Origin: the human T2T-CHM13v2.0 reference genome, Homo sapiens
NCBI RefSeq assembly: GCF_009914755.1
Contig: NC_060938.1
Direction: 5' to 3' (one strand)
Length of the DNA: 64,000 nt
Every line of letters starts with the position of its first letter. Within the stretch, counting starts at the first letter, position 1. Under the pieces are notes generated by a model. The model saw only the letters and a program-made list of their open reading frames with translations, was not told the origin of the DNA and did no database searches. Position numbers and translations under genes: made by a program. Shown here piece after piece: positions 47,779 through 63,365 of the stretch.

Positions 47779-47891
47779 ATAGGGGTTGGCAAACTATGGC
47801 TCATGGGTCACATCCTACCAACCACCTCTTTTTTTCATGGCCAGCAAGCTAAGAATGATTTTCCATTTTTAAGTTGTTACATTTTAAGTGT

Positions 47892-47958
<67 letters not shown>

Positions 47959-48030
47959 CCTAAGTAATAGCCTTGATTTTGCTTGTTGGCCTATAAAACC
48001 GAAAATATTTATTAGGAAAAAGTCTGCCAG
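47779..48030. mobile_element. MER58-type hAT MITE containing (AC)n
   Basis: aggggttggcaaactatggc end; gctaagaatgatttt. Confidence 0.7.
47895..47956. repeat. (AC)31 microsatellite
   Basis: Seen directly. Confidence 0.95.
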
Positions 48031-48266
48031 TTTAATTGATTTTCTTTCTTTTTTTTTTAAAGAACCAGATTTTAGTTTTCATTGGTTTTTATCTATTTTT
48101 CTTTTTCTCCATTTCATTGATCGTCTCTCTGATCTTTATTACTTCGTTTCTTCCACTTAATTGGAGTTTCATTTGCTCTTTTTTTCTTAGTTTCTTAGGG
48201 TAGACGCTACAATATATAATCTGCAGTAAATCTCATTCTTTATATTTTTCATTTCAGACATTATAG

Positions 48267-48614
<348 letters not shown>

Positions 48615-50484
48615 TATTAAAATTTTAACATCTTTTTTATATCTTCCCTGTCTCTAACTTTTGAACATATGAAATACAGTCATAATAACTGTTATTTCTA
48701 TGGTGATTCTAACATCTGTGTCAGTTTTGAGTTGGTTTTGATAGATTGATTTCACTCTTCTTTATGGGTTGTCTTTTCTTGTTTTTTTGCAAGCCTGGTA
48801 ACTTTTGTGGATTCCAGACATGAATTTTACCTTGTTTGTTACTAGAAGGTCTTGTATAATTTACAAATATTCTTAAATTTTGTTCTGGGATGTAGTTATG
48901 TTATTTTAAAATAATTTGATCCTATTTTGTCTTTTAATAATTGTTAAGTGGGACCTAAGCAATGTTTGGTCTGGGGCACATTTTCCTGCTATTGAGGCCA
49001 AATCCTTCTGAGCATTTTACCCAGCATCCCATGAATTACGGTTTTCTAGTTTGGCTGATAGGATCAGGAACTGTTTCTACCTAATCTGTATGAATGCCAG
49101 GTACTACTTCCTCTAATCCTTTTAGAGAGTTCTTTCCCCAGCCTGAGTAGTTCCTTATGTGTGTGTGCTGATGAGTACTCTGCTAATTCCAAAATGGTAC
49201 CTTTGCAGATTTCTGGAATTCTCTGTCCTCTACAGTTCTCTCTTATTCAAACTCTGTCTTGGTCTTTTTAGACTCTTAGCTCCATTTCTTCAACTCAGTG
49301 AATGTACTGGCTCCATCTGCATTTCCCCTCCATACACTGTGGTCTGGAAACTCTCTGAATGCAGTAAGCTGGGACAGTCACAGGGCTATCATCATTTGTT
49401 TTCCTTCTCTGGTGATCACTGCCCTTTGTTGCCTGATTGCAATTTTATTAGATCATTGTTTAATACATCTAACCTGGATTTTGAGTTGTTTCAGGCAGGA
49501 TGGTAAATGTCTTGGCTAGAAGTGGAAGTCTTATATATCTGTATCTTTGGCATGGTGAATGTAAGAAAGCATTCTGTTCCCTAAGTATTCAGAAAAGAGA
49601 CTGTTCGTGCATATTGACTCTTTTCTGGATGGAGTTTGGAAAGAATAGTTCTCCTGTATTTTTTTTTTAGAGTGATTTTTCCAGTAATTTTCTTTTCCAG
49701 TTTTTTTTTTCACAGTTGGATTAGATTATTAGGCAATATGGATTACTAATTCCATTATGTTTTATTAGAATTAGATTGGAACTCTTTGTGGAAAGCTACT
49801 GAAAAGATCACATGCTATTTTTTTCATGGCTGTTTTGCCTCTGATGTTTATTCCACCAATATTTGAAGAAAGAGATAAAAAGGAGAACCTAGACATAATC
49901 TTTCTATTGTCAATTTTTCTATCACTAACATATGTTCTGAAAAAGGACATTCCTGTCCTATAGTATATTGCTGCCAAAATAAATCCCAAGAGATTGAAGT
50001 TTTATTCTATTTTCAAATTGTTTCCTAGAAACCAGCCACCTAATTCACAAAGAGATTAAGAGCCAAGTCTTAGAAACATAACTTTAAAAAACTATATACC
50101 AGGACATGCCTCATTTGTGAATGTATGCGTGCTCATAAATTGGGTAATTGTGCACCTAACTACTGTATTCATTTTTTATTATTCGCTTTGTGCTTATACA
50201 AATGAAGGCTTTTTCATTCATATTCTGTAGCCTTGGACACTCATGATTGGAGGATAGTTACTTTTTATGCTCCTGTTCAATGTTAATGCGTACAATTTTA
50301 CAGGAAATTATAAAATGTCTCCAATTACTTTGGTATAGCTGTAACAATAGCTACTTTATTAAACGTGTTCTGAAGTAGTGTAGGTAATTGACAGTTAATT
50401 TGGCTTTATCAGGTTATATAGAAAATGTTAGAGAAGCTATAAAAAACCTTTCGTATCAGAGTGTTTGCCTCAAAAGGCTATGTT

Positions 50485-50780
50485 GGCTGGGCGCCGTGGC
50501 TCATACCTGTAATTCAGCACTTTGGGAGGTTGAGGTGGGCGGATCACTTGAGGCCAGGAGTTTTAGACCAGCCTGGCCAACCCAATGAAACCCCGTCTCT
50601 ACTAAAAATGTAAAAAAATTAGCCAGGGATGGTGGTGCATTCCCGTAATCCCATCTGCTCAGGAGGCCGAGGCACGAGAATCATTTGAATCTGGGAGGCA
50701 GTGGTTGTGGCAAGCCAAGATCCCATCACTGTACTCCAGCCTGGGTGACAAATCGAGACTGTGTCAAAAAAAAAAAAAAA
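50485..50780 (+). mobile_element. AluS (Sz/Sx-like)
   Basis: TSD aaaaggctatgtt/aaaagactgtgtt. Confidence 0.9.
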
Positions 50781-51060
50781 AAAGACTGTGTTGACATCTG
50801 AATTTAAGTTCTGCCAACTATAATTTAAAACTTAAGTTCCCTTAAACTGGTCATGATGGTAAGAATAGATAGCCCAGACTTTTTGAGATTACAGCTCATC
50901 TCTAAAATGACAAAGCTCAGATATAATAGTAGCCTTCATAAAATTTATTGCCAGACACTGCTAAGTACTTTTACAGACATTTCCTCATTTAAATAGACTT
51001 TGAAAGAAAAATCAGCTATTTAATCTTTAGGACAATTTTGTAAAAGGATCAATATATGTA

Positions 51061-51538
51061 CGTATTAATTTCCTATTGCTGCTTTGACAAATACCACAAA
51101 CTTTATGGCTTAAAACAACATAAATTTATTCTCTTAAGAGTTTTGGAGGCCAGAGATCTGAATTGAGTTTCACTGCACTGAAACCAAGATGTCAGGAGGG
51201 CTGGATTCCCTAGAGAAGCTCTAGGAGAGCATCTGGGGTATTTTTGTTTGTTCGTTCGTTTGCCTTTTCCAGTTTCTAAAAATGTCTTCCTTGCTCATGG
51301 TTGCTTCTTCCATCTTCAAAGCTAACAGCCACATAACCTTTTCCTCTTCTGTAGTAAAATCTTCTTCTACCTTCCTCTTATGAAGACACTTGTTATTACA
51401 AAATGGCTCACCTAGATAATCCAATCTCAAAATCCTTAATTATATATTCAGAGTTTCTTTTGCCATAAAGAGTAATATTCACAGATTTCATGATTAGGTT
51501 ATGGATATCTTTGGGAGACCTTTGTTTAGCCTACCACG
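51061..51538 (-). mobile_element. MLT1C/D-like MaLR LTR
   Basis: gtattaatttcctattgctgc...ttaaaacaacataaatttattctc...tttagcctaccac. Confidence 0.8.
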
Positions 51539-51750
51539 AAATTGTATTATGTACATCAAAGTGGAGTACAGTATACTGCCATAAGTCACATAAAAACAAA
51601 ACAGGAACAAGCACAGTTTGGAATTAAGTTGAACAGAGAGGTTGATAATATAAGTAAGAGATCTTGGATTGCTGTTCTGTGTTCCAGCTTTTATATTATT
51701 GACTGATTGTTTTTGTTGCTGATAGAAATGAATAGAACAATGATCTTCAA

Positions 51751-52063
51751 TTTTTTATTTTTATTTTTTCGAGACAGGGTTTCACTCTGCTGCCTACACT
51801 AGAATGCAGTGACATGATCATAGTTCATTGTAATCTTGAACTATGGTTCAAGGATGGTTCAAGCCATCCTCCTTCCTTAGCTTCCTGAGTAGCTGGGACT
51901 GCAGGCACACACCACCATGTGCCCAGCTAATGTTTTCATTTTTGTAATGATGGGGGATTGCTGTGTTGCCCAGGCTGGCCATGAACTCCTGGGCTCAAGT
52001 AATCCTCCTACCTGGGCCTCCCAAAGTGCTGGGATTATAGGCATGAGTGGCTACACCTGGCCC
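51751..52063 (-). mobile_element. AluJ
   Basis: J diagnostics; small internal duplication atggttcaag x2. Confidence 0.88.
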
Positions 52064-52633
52064 AATTTTTTTCTAATATGTTTTATCTTCTACTCTTGTC
52101 TTTCTTTTTTCTATATAAGACCAATGCTTAGTAGTCTAATGTCATGAATTGAAAGACAGATTTACATAGTCTGATATTATAATTAATTTAGAAATACATT
52201 ATATTTGATGTTTGAGCATGTCCTTAGACACATGTTCAGATATGCTTCGTTATTCCCTTTAAGCCTTTTCTTTACTTTTTCCTTCACTTTTGTTACTCTC
52301 AATGCTAATGAATAATTGACCTCTTTGCCACTGATCATGGTACTCTGGGGATGAAAGATTTTTAGGAAACAGCTCTAGAGGTTTGTTAACTCCTAGAAGA
52401 TCATAGATTTCTGAAGTAGATTAATATTTTCTATTTTTCGTTATTATCATTTCATTGTCCATTTCACTGGTTAATCCTATACCTTTGAAGAGAAAATTCC
52501 ATTTGGTACTGCTTTTGTGCTATATGGTTCAACAACTTATGGAGTTTACAGTATAAATGTTTTAGAAAGTGAGCTTGTATTTTGTTGCACAGTTTGAAAG
52601 CTAAATGTTTACATTATCTTCCCTAAACTACAG

Positions 52634-52749
52634 GATACCAGAAGGCCCTATTGATCAGGGGCCAGCTATAGGAAGAGTACGCGTTTTAGAAGAGCAGCTT
52701 GTTAAGGCCAAAGAACAGATTGAAAATTACAAGAAACAGACCAGAAATG
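52634..52749 (+). CDS. FUT8: FUT8 coding exon (116 nt, c.204-319, conventionally exon 4): (R)[38 protein letters not shown](G)
   Basis: Acceptor ...ccctaaactacag|G, donor AATG|gtaggt. Translation matches FUT8 aa 68-107. Not in the ORF track. Confidence 0.97.
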
Positions 52750-52866
52750 GTAGGTGATTATACAGTGTTTTCCCCTCCTCAGTATATGGGCTTTAGCACA
52801 GATAATTGAAAGTTTCCTTTTATCAAAATGTTGGAAATGCTACAACTCTCTATTCTTTGACTACAG

Positions 52867-53029
52867 GTCTGGGGAAGGATCATGAAATCCTGAGGAGGAG
52901 GATTGAAAATGGAGCTAAAGAGCTCTGGTTTTTCCTACAGAGTGAATTGAAGAAATTAAAGAACTTAGAAGGAAATGAACTCCAAAGACATGCAGATGAA
53001 TTTCTTTTGGATTTAGGACATCATGAAAG
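52867..53029 (+). CDS. FUT8: FUT8 coding exon (163 nt, c.320-482, conventionally exon 5): [54 protein letters not shown](R)
   Basis: Acceptor ...tctttgactacag|GT, donor GAAAG|gtacta. The core of ORF 52806..53123 matches FUT8 aa 107-161. Confidence 0.97.
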
Positions 53030-53745
53030 GTACTATTCTCCTTTCACATTTTATTTGGGCTTTAGAAAAGATTATAATCTAAGAATGAGAAACAGACTTG
53101 TTAATCCATCTGTTGAGTGGTAAATATTAATAGCACCTACAATATTTAAGAGGCGAAGAGTACCTGAGGTCCCAAAGGATGGTAATTGCCAAGTGCAGTT
53201 CATCAACCAAAATATACCACCAGAAAGTATTAATTAAAATGTATTTCTAGAAATCTTTACATTCTAAATAAATTCTGAAGGTAGTGGTGCCAGCCAACAA
53301 TACATTAAAATATCTTTCTATAAATGTTCTTTATATATAATCAGTATTTGAAGTGGAGTGTGCAGTTTTGCATTGCGGTACATTGGAACTCATAGTGAGT
53401 CCGATGGTTACATTTCTAATTCAAACATTAAAAACTTTAAAATAGCATTTTTTTAAGGATTTCTAATGAAAGGTTAACAGGATTTTTTTTTTCTTTAAGT
53501 AAAAAGGAGCATTCTGTTCATTGTTCTTTCATTAGTTGCTGGAAAGAGGTACCTGAGATCTGCCTGGTTAAATTTGTTTCTCCTATGCACACGTTGCTAA
53601 ATAATATGAAGTTTATCTTCCACAGAAAAGAAAACATTTTGGTGCTGTTGTATTCATGCAGAACAAAATGTATCTGAAAATCATTATAAATACAGTGAAA
53701 CCTGTCTTTAGGCCTGTTATATTTAAAAGTCTATGTTTCCAGTAG

Positions 53746-53847
53746 GATTCTGATGGCAATTACTGTCTCATTAGTGAACAATAAAAGAAAAATTGTTGTA
53801 TTAGCACAACCTACTACTGTGAAGAGGAAAAGAATTACCCCATACAA
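53746..53847 (+). CDS. FUT8: FUT8 alternative coding exon: 102-nt phase-2/phase-2 cassette (R)ILMAITVSLVNNKRKIVVLAQPTTVKRKRITPY(K). ATG at 53753 gives an alternative N-terminus.
   Basis: Acceptor tgtttccagtag|G, donor TACAA|gtaaga. Open in the FUT8 frame with the same phase as the exon 5 donor. The peptide from ATG 53753 matches my recollection of the N-terminus of a 446-aa FUT8 isoform. Confidence 0.85.
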
Positions 53848-54318
53848 GTAAGAGATTTCATATTTATTAACATCAGCAGCAATATTATAATGATTTTGAA
53901 AAATTGCTTGGTTGTTTTAGGTGAAATTATAAATAAAAATCTGTCTATTGGAATCATTTTAGCATTAATGAATCTACAGAAATATGATAGCATGGATTTC
54001 AAGGGGCAGTGAATTATTAGGCCACACATTGGACAGACTTTTTGATATATTTAGCCCAACTTGCAGTCAGGCCATACTTAGACCACTAAACCAAATGCTG
54101 ACTAATTCTGTCATTAATATTTCTCTACCCTAAAGCTGATTCTAGGCACGAAGCATCTCTTAAATGGAATTTTGTGCTTGTGTTCTTTGCTTATCACAGT
54201 TTTTTAGGCCAATTCACATCTGAAGAGGATTTGACTTGGGTAGACTATGCTGTATGTAAAGGAGAATTTTGGCCACTGACTTCTGATGGAATGTTTAATT
54301 TTAAGATTTGAGTAATTG

Positions 54319-54652
<334 letters not shown>

Positions 54653-54663
54653 TTAAAAATTAA

Positions 54664-54666
<3 letters not shown>

Positions 54667-54720
<54 letters not shown>
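54667..54720. repeat. (AT)27 microsatellite
   Basis: Seen directly. Confidence 0.95.
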
Positions 54721-54732
<12 letters not shown>

Positions 54733-54734
54733 AT

Positions 54735-54871
54735 ATTTATTTATTTATTTTTTAGATGTGGAGGTCTTTCTATGTTACCCAGGCCAGTCTTGAACTCCTG
54801 GTCTCCAGTGATCCTCCCTCGTCAGCCTCCTGTGTAGCTGGGATTATAGGCCTGGGCTACCATGTCCAGCT
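54735..54871 (-). mobile_element. FLAM (free left Alu monomer)
   Basis: Single left monomer with a T/TA-rich tail. Confidence 0.8.
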
Positions 54872-55449
54872 GAATTGAAATAATTCTTTAAGGAATTATT
54901 TTGTAAATAATAATATAATTTGTTTATATAACTCGCATATGTTTTGTGACCATATGTACAAATGAAAAGTGAATATAAGAAATGGGCCCCTGAGAAACTG
55001 ATATAAATCAGTTTTCCATTTTGTTGTTGTTGTTGTTGAATTATGATTCCTTACAGTGCCATTTAGTATGTTAAATAATGGTAGTTCATTGAAAACAAAA
55101 ATGGTAAGTAAAGGTACCCAAGTCAGTTTATTTTCCTGTCTTAAACAGAAATGACAATGAATCTGGGACATAACTTCATAGGGTAGTAATTTAACTCCAG
55201 GAAGCCAGATTAGAATGCAGTAATACAAATAATGAGCAAAACACAATCAAACATTAGAGAAATAACCCTTAAACTGACGGACGTACAAATAGAAAGGACT
55301 TTTATTATGTAGAATATACCCTTTTACTGACCATTTTCAAGATCCTTAAGTATAAGAATTAAAATCAAAACAAACTTTTATGTTTGCCTCTGGTAATTTT
55401 TATATGATACAAAAGTCCATTTTATTTTTACATTGGCTCAAATGATAGT

Positions 55450-55835
55450 GTATAGGTTTCTAGGTCTGTAGCTGGGACCATGGTCAGTGAGGCTGCCACC
55501 TGGGTATGGGCCTGCCTTCTTAAAAGAGCCCTCCTGAGTCTTGGGCTCTATTAGGGTTTTGCAGCCTTCTACCTGGGTTAGAAGATTATTAGCAGATTAT
55601 TGAACTTGAGTAGTTCATTGTGGGAGCCCCTGATTTGACAGAGTGTGGGTACCCTGGCCACTTTGTACTTGCGATGGCATGTGAAGTGGGGTGTAGTATT
55701 ATGGAACTGAGAGGTCTGGGCTAATTCTGGGTAGTTTGTGTCACTACCTAGTTGGTGTCCACAGAGATTTGGAGAATTATCTGATGTGGAAAATGCACAT
55801 ATTTGGTGTCAGAAGTGTTCTGTGGTGAAAAACAG
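55450..55835 (+). mobile_element. MER21/MER77-like LTR fragment
   Basis: agttggtgtccacagag...ggagaatt...tttggtgtcagaagtgttctgtg. Confidence 0.55.
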
Positions 55836-57806
55836 ATCATAATAGTAGTAGTAATACTAAGGGCAGCTAAAGTTGCTGGTTTTTGAGAACTACAACTACA
55901 GACTCCCTGTTTCTCTTTGTGAGTTCACCACGATGCCTGTGTTGTTTCCTGGTAGAAATCGCATTTCTCTGTAGGTTAGTGACCCCATCAGTGAGCTGTG
56001 GGGGTAAGACTCCTCCTTTGTTGCCCACTTGAAGCTGTTTCCTAGTAGTCAGGGCACCATGTTTCCTCTCCTGGAATCTGGCTCCTGTTGTTCATCACTT
56101 GCATTACCAGGCATTAAAATGCAGCCTGGGGGCCAAATATCATAAGTTTGATCTAAGATTCAACTCACCTGAGATTTTTAGCAAAATACTATTTATTTAC
56201 CTGATTGGCCTTGATAGCTAATAACTAGTAGAGCCTAATCTCTGCCTGCAACCACAGTTGGGTAATCAACTGGTAGTAATTAGTAATATTCTTGGGCTTT
56301 TAGAAGCTTTTACAGGCTGTTTTAAGAATTTAGAGGTGTTGATGGTATAATAAATTTAGAGTAGCATATTAATTATTATCTGCTATATTGATATCAAGTT
56401 TTAGCATCACTAGATTTCTAAATGATGATTTCATTCTAGTGATTGCATATGACCATTCTTCCCAGTAATACAGTTAAATATACTTGTAGCTTTTGATATC
56501 ATTGATCATGAATTGACCCTAGCCTACCTCTTTGCAGTAGAGAGAATTAAGCGGTTTAGAGTTAGTATTTTTGCCATTGTGGTTTTACCATTTATCTTGT
56601 ATTGTAGGTTCAGTGCTTCGATTTATGGCAGTTTAGATGTGTACCTCAACCTCTAAGCATATCATGGAGTCTGTCTTATCAACCTTTCAGGCTGATGCAG
56701 AGACATGTTTAACTTAATCACTGTTGCTCTGATTCTTTTTATCATCTTCATATTGCCAAATACCAGTTTATGAAAAGGGTACCAAAGCTGCTTCTTTCTG
56801 CTTTTAAAATTACCATATTTTTTTTAAATTTATTCATTTATTTTATTATTTTTTTTACCAAGTTCTGTTTATGGTAATTTATAACAATTATAAAACTAAA
56901 GTACAGGAGATGAGCCATTTTTCAACTGTGTTGACTGAAACTATTGAAAAACAATCTGTTAAAGTAGCAATCTCATCTCCCTTACCTAGTTTGCATTTCT
57001 CATTATCAGTAATATATAGGGCAGCTGTGCTTAGACTAAATTGTGTTCTCCAAATAGTGAATGATACTTATGTTAATTATGCTGATTTGCTAATGTACAA
57101 AAAGACATTGTGGGGGATTATGTAACAAAGGAAATGACTGTGACTCAAGGGGTACACTGGGAAAGATTGATAGAATAGCTTACAGATTTTTTTTAAGTTT
57201 ATGATCATAGTTGTTGTTGCCCAATAGCTTGTATTTTCATTCTGTTTGGAAGGTCCAAGAATTGATATTCCCACTCTTGAAAAGTTAAGTTTGGTGAACC
57301 TTCAAACCTTCTATTCTTTGTGTTTTATTTCATATACACAAAAACAGAGAGAGAGACAGAGAGAGGAAGGGAGGAAGGAAGATCTTACTAAGTTCTCTGA
57401 GATGTGATTTGATTGAGACTTATATTAAGCTGGGATGTGGATATTCTTTCTTGAATTTCGGATTTGTTTCAACAAAATGTTTTTGTATGATTGTCTTCTA
57501 AGGAATCCAAGCTTATTTTCAAGTGGTGCTAGAACATTCATCTTAATATTCATGTGCAAAGGGATACATTTCTTTATGAAGTCATCCTTATTCTGCTCAT
57601 CACTTAGTCTCTATCAGCCAGATAATGATTCTTCATCGCCTGTAATGGAACAGTGTCTCCTAAAATAAAGTTTGCATTAGAAGAAGAATCTCCAGGTGGA
57701 AAAGGGTGTTTTTCATCTAGTAGTTCTAATTCTGTTTTGCTTCCTACGACCACACATCTTTTGGGTGTGATTTCCAAACTTAAGAATGATTTTAGATTAA
57801 AAATAA

Positions 57807-58793
<987 letters not shown>

Positions 58794-59580
58794 TAGTTCC
58801 ATTTTTATAACTGAAGTTATATTCAGTTCTAGAGAAATTAGGTGGCTTAACACAGGCTAAGTTAACAGAACGGTTTTACTCCAAAATCCGTTCTCTTAAT
58901 TGCTAAATACTTAGCTTTTCTGAGCTTTTTCTCTTCTACGTACGGGGATATAATTCCTATAGCACAGCATTGTGATGATTACATGAAGGAAAATATATAA
59001 AATACTTTACCTAGTGCGTGACACATTATAGATTCTAGTAGGCTCTGGTCAGACCTATTAATACATTAGGAAAACTTAACTCTTAGACCCTGCAGAGCTG
59101 GCACAGATAAAGGCAGATTATTGAAAGACTCAATAGGAAAAATGTTAAGGCCTGGAAACTAAATGTAAGCCTAGTGAACATCACTCACCAAAGTAACATA
59201 ATTGTTGTCTTATATATGATAGTATAAGCTATTTTTGTTGTCATCCTTCTGGAGTTTTCCCCACCTGTGTCAGTTGTCAAGATGGTGGCATCCTAAAGTT
59301 CCTCCTTGAGATAAGGGAGGCAATAAGGAGCTTTGTTTTCTTGCCTGTCTCCTGGTCACATTTTTATCCTTAGCATTGCTTATTTTTGCTGCAGGAGCAA
59401 ACCGAAGTAAAAGCAGCTTTGGACAAAACTCAAGTAATTTTTCTTGCCCATGATGCAGATTTGCCCATGGATTTGACTTTGAGAGTAAATCTTAGTCACA
59501 TTTACCCCCGTAAGTGTTAATTCCTTCACCTTCTTGCCTGGATTCCATCTCTGTGCTGGCCCTTAGGGGGAGCTTCTCTG

Positions 59581-59965
<385 letters not shown>

Positions 59966-60107
59966 TAGTTTTATGACTATTGAAATAGAAAACTAGAGAA
60001 ATTAGCAGAAAATATAAGGAACATAAAACATAACCAATTTTTGAAATAGAGGTTTTAATACCTGTCATAGGTGGCTTGCTTTCAGAGTCATAAATTCTAT
60101 TCTACTT

Positions 60108-60434
<327 letters not shown>

Positions 60435-61464
60435 TCAGGCAACTTTATTGTATCCTCAAATGGCCAGCACTATTTTGCTGGTACCTTGCCTAGCTTTGTT
60501 ATTTCCCAAACCTTGACCTGGTCTCATACTAGGTCTTTAGTATGCCCACTTATTAGATTTCTTGATATGTTCGTAGTCAAAACCACAACAGCCAGATTCC
60601 CTGCTTTCTGGGACTCTTCTAGGAGATCTGGTTTCAGGGTAGAGTTACTGAAAACCCAGGGCTTCTGCAGAATGGTTTTGAGTCACTATGGTTCCCTTGC
60701 TGATTTGATTATCTTCTTGTCTTTGACCAAAAAATAAATACTGCAGGATGATAACTTTCAAATATAATTGAATCAGTAAAGAACTAGTTTGAATTTAAGG
60801 TTGTATCCTGGACTTAATTGTCTTGCTTACATGGTCTCCAACAGAGAGGCCGAGAAACAAAAGATTTTAAAAACAAGCTTAATTTTAGTGGATCATGAAG
60901 TTACAGTAACTTATATTGATACCCTAACTGCATTATCACAAAACATTAGTGTACTCTTTTTTTTTTTTTATTTGATGTTTGGTCTTCTAGTTGCTTGGTT
61001 ATTCTGCTTTCTAGGTAGAGACAGATGAATGTGAATAATTAATTGCCAAGACTTAGTACTGATGTAAACTTGGTAAAAACATTGACATAAACTAATTTAT
61101 TAAAAAAAGTAGAGATCAGCTTTCATTCACAATGGTAAAGGAATGTCTTGATTCCTATGACAAGAAAGCATAAACCATGCTAATGCTTATATTTCAAGGC
61201 ACTCTTCTCTCTAAATTAGACCTAATGCAGTTTTTACCTCCTTGAGGCTATATGATGATTGTCAATGAAATGTAATGCTTTTTGTTTCTGTATCTGTTCC
61301 TGTGCATTCGTGCACCCATGTGCATGTGTGTAGTGACACATTTGACGTAAAACTGAGAGCATATTGAATTTCCTTTTTTCCTTCAACAGACATTTGCTGA
61401 TAAACTGGTTATTCCATTGTATGACATCTCCAGCACGATACTGTTATTTAAAACTGAGACTTGC

Positions 61465-61914
<450 letters not shown>

Positions 61915-63169
61915 TTATGAAACTGAGAATATGTTTTAAATGAAGTTTTAGCCGAGCCCTATAGCCCTATTATAGTTAAAGACTTTTGTGTTTCCATGAG
62001 CAACTCACAATTTCATACAGATAGTGACTTTCCCCCTCAGTAACTATAAAAAAATACTGTAGTCTACATAATAGTCCATAGAGGACTCAGTTTTATAATC
62101 TGAAAAAACTTTGAAGTTGAAACTTTGCCTAGTCTAAAGACTTCAGGTTAATTTCTGCATTGTAGGTTTGGTTTTTGCAGCCAAAGTCTCTTTCATGAAA
62201 AGAAAATGTTTTGAATCCTAGCTGAGAATAACAAATAAGAAAATGGACAAGGCATCACATATTGGCCTCTTGCCTGTTTTAAAAGGGTGAAAATGGAAGT
62301 AGATAAGCTGCAAAGTGTCCTGTGTGTGATGAATGTTGACACATGAAACAAATGTCTAAAGTGCTTCACAAATGGAACTGTTGTTCCAAAGCATCGTTCA
62401 AAGTTGTTCCACTATTAATTTAGGATGAATAGTCTAAATGGTGGCTAAGATTTTTAATTTTTAATTGAATTAATAGTTTCACTTTATTCAAAAGGGGCTA
62501 TTATCACGTATTCTCTGTTAATCATGTGTACTTCTAATGGCTTTCTGTGATAGTAAATAAGACTTTCCTGTGGGCTGCCATTGCATTTTTGCTAAATAAT
62601 TTAGCATCTAGTTAAGAATCAGGAATAAAAGAGTACTAAGACTGTGTCACAAGCAAATCACAGTTGTTGAGGGCATATTTCACCATCTCTTAAGTGATTC
62701 CTTCTCATTGATCAATCCCCCTTCTTCAGGGTGTTATATGGAACTCAATATTGGATCATTTTTATAATTGATTATCAATACCACGTGTTACTGTTACCCA
62801 CATCTAATGGCTCCTTCCTCTTGGTAGTAGAATTATTAGTAGGTACTCTTCAGACACAGTGTAAAAGCTCAGAAACAACTCTCTGAGGACCTCTAGCATT
62901 AAAAAAAAAAAATAGCGGCTACCACATGTATTACTATTTTGTGTGTATTTTTTAAAGAGCTTTAGAGAAGGTCTTTTGATACTTTGTCTCAGAGATGTCA
63001 AAATAATTTTCCTAGGACACAAAATTAGTAGGAGATAGAACCAAAATTGAGAAATTGGTATGTCTGGCTCCCAAAGCTCTCTCCTCTGATTCAGACTTTC
63101 TGATTTTTGGATATTTACATTGAGGAGAGGACACATTATTGTGCTCTGGACCTCCTACTTTGATATTTG

Positions 63170-63365
63170 TTAGTGTAGTAATTAGAAGCCTGGACTTTAA
63201 AATTCATTGCTTGGGTTTGATTTCCTACTCTGACATTTCTGAGGTTTGTGACTTTGAGCAAATTATTTAACCTCTCAGTGCCTGCCATTTCTTACCTAGT
63301 TTGTAAGATTATTGTGAGATTAAATGAAATAATGTAAAGCACTTAGAATAGGTGTACCTATTTAT
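63170..63365 (+). mobile_element. MIR SINE
   Basis: gtgactttgagcaaattatttaacctctcagtgcct...gattaaatgaaataatgtaaagcacttag. Confidence 0.8.

Noticed and set aside
47761-48160. HTHTHT-repeat ORFs
   Set aside because: These are translations of the (AC)31 microsatellite.
52768-52782. Pyrimidine-rich acceptor tttcccctcctcag inside the short intron
   Set aside because: It is only 33 nt from the donor, too short for an intron, and is out of frame if joined to the upstream exon.
52750-52866. Retention of the 117-nt (3n) intron as an in-frame insertion
   Set aside because: It reads GGT AGG TGA, an immediate stop.
52806-53123. 105-aa ORF as a stand-alone gene
   Set aside because: Only 52867-53029 is FUT8 exon. 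The flanks are intronic read-through from a TTG start.
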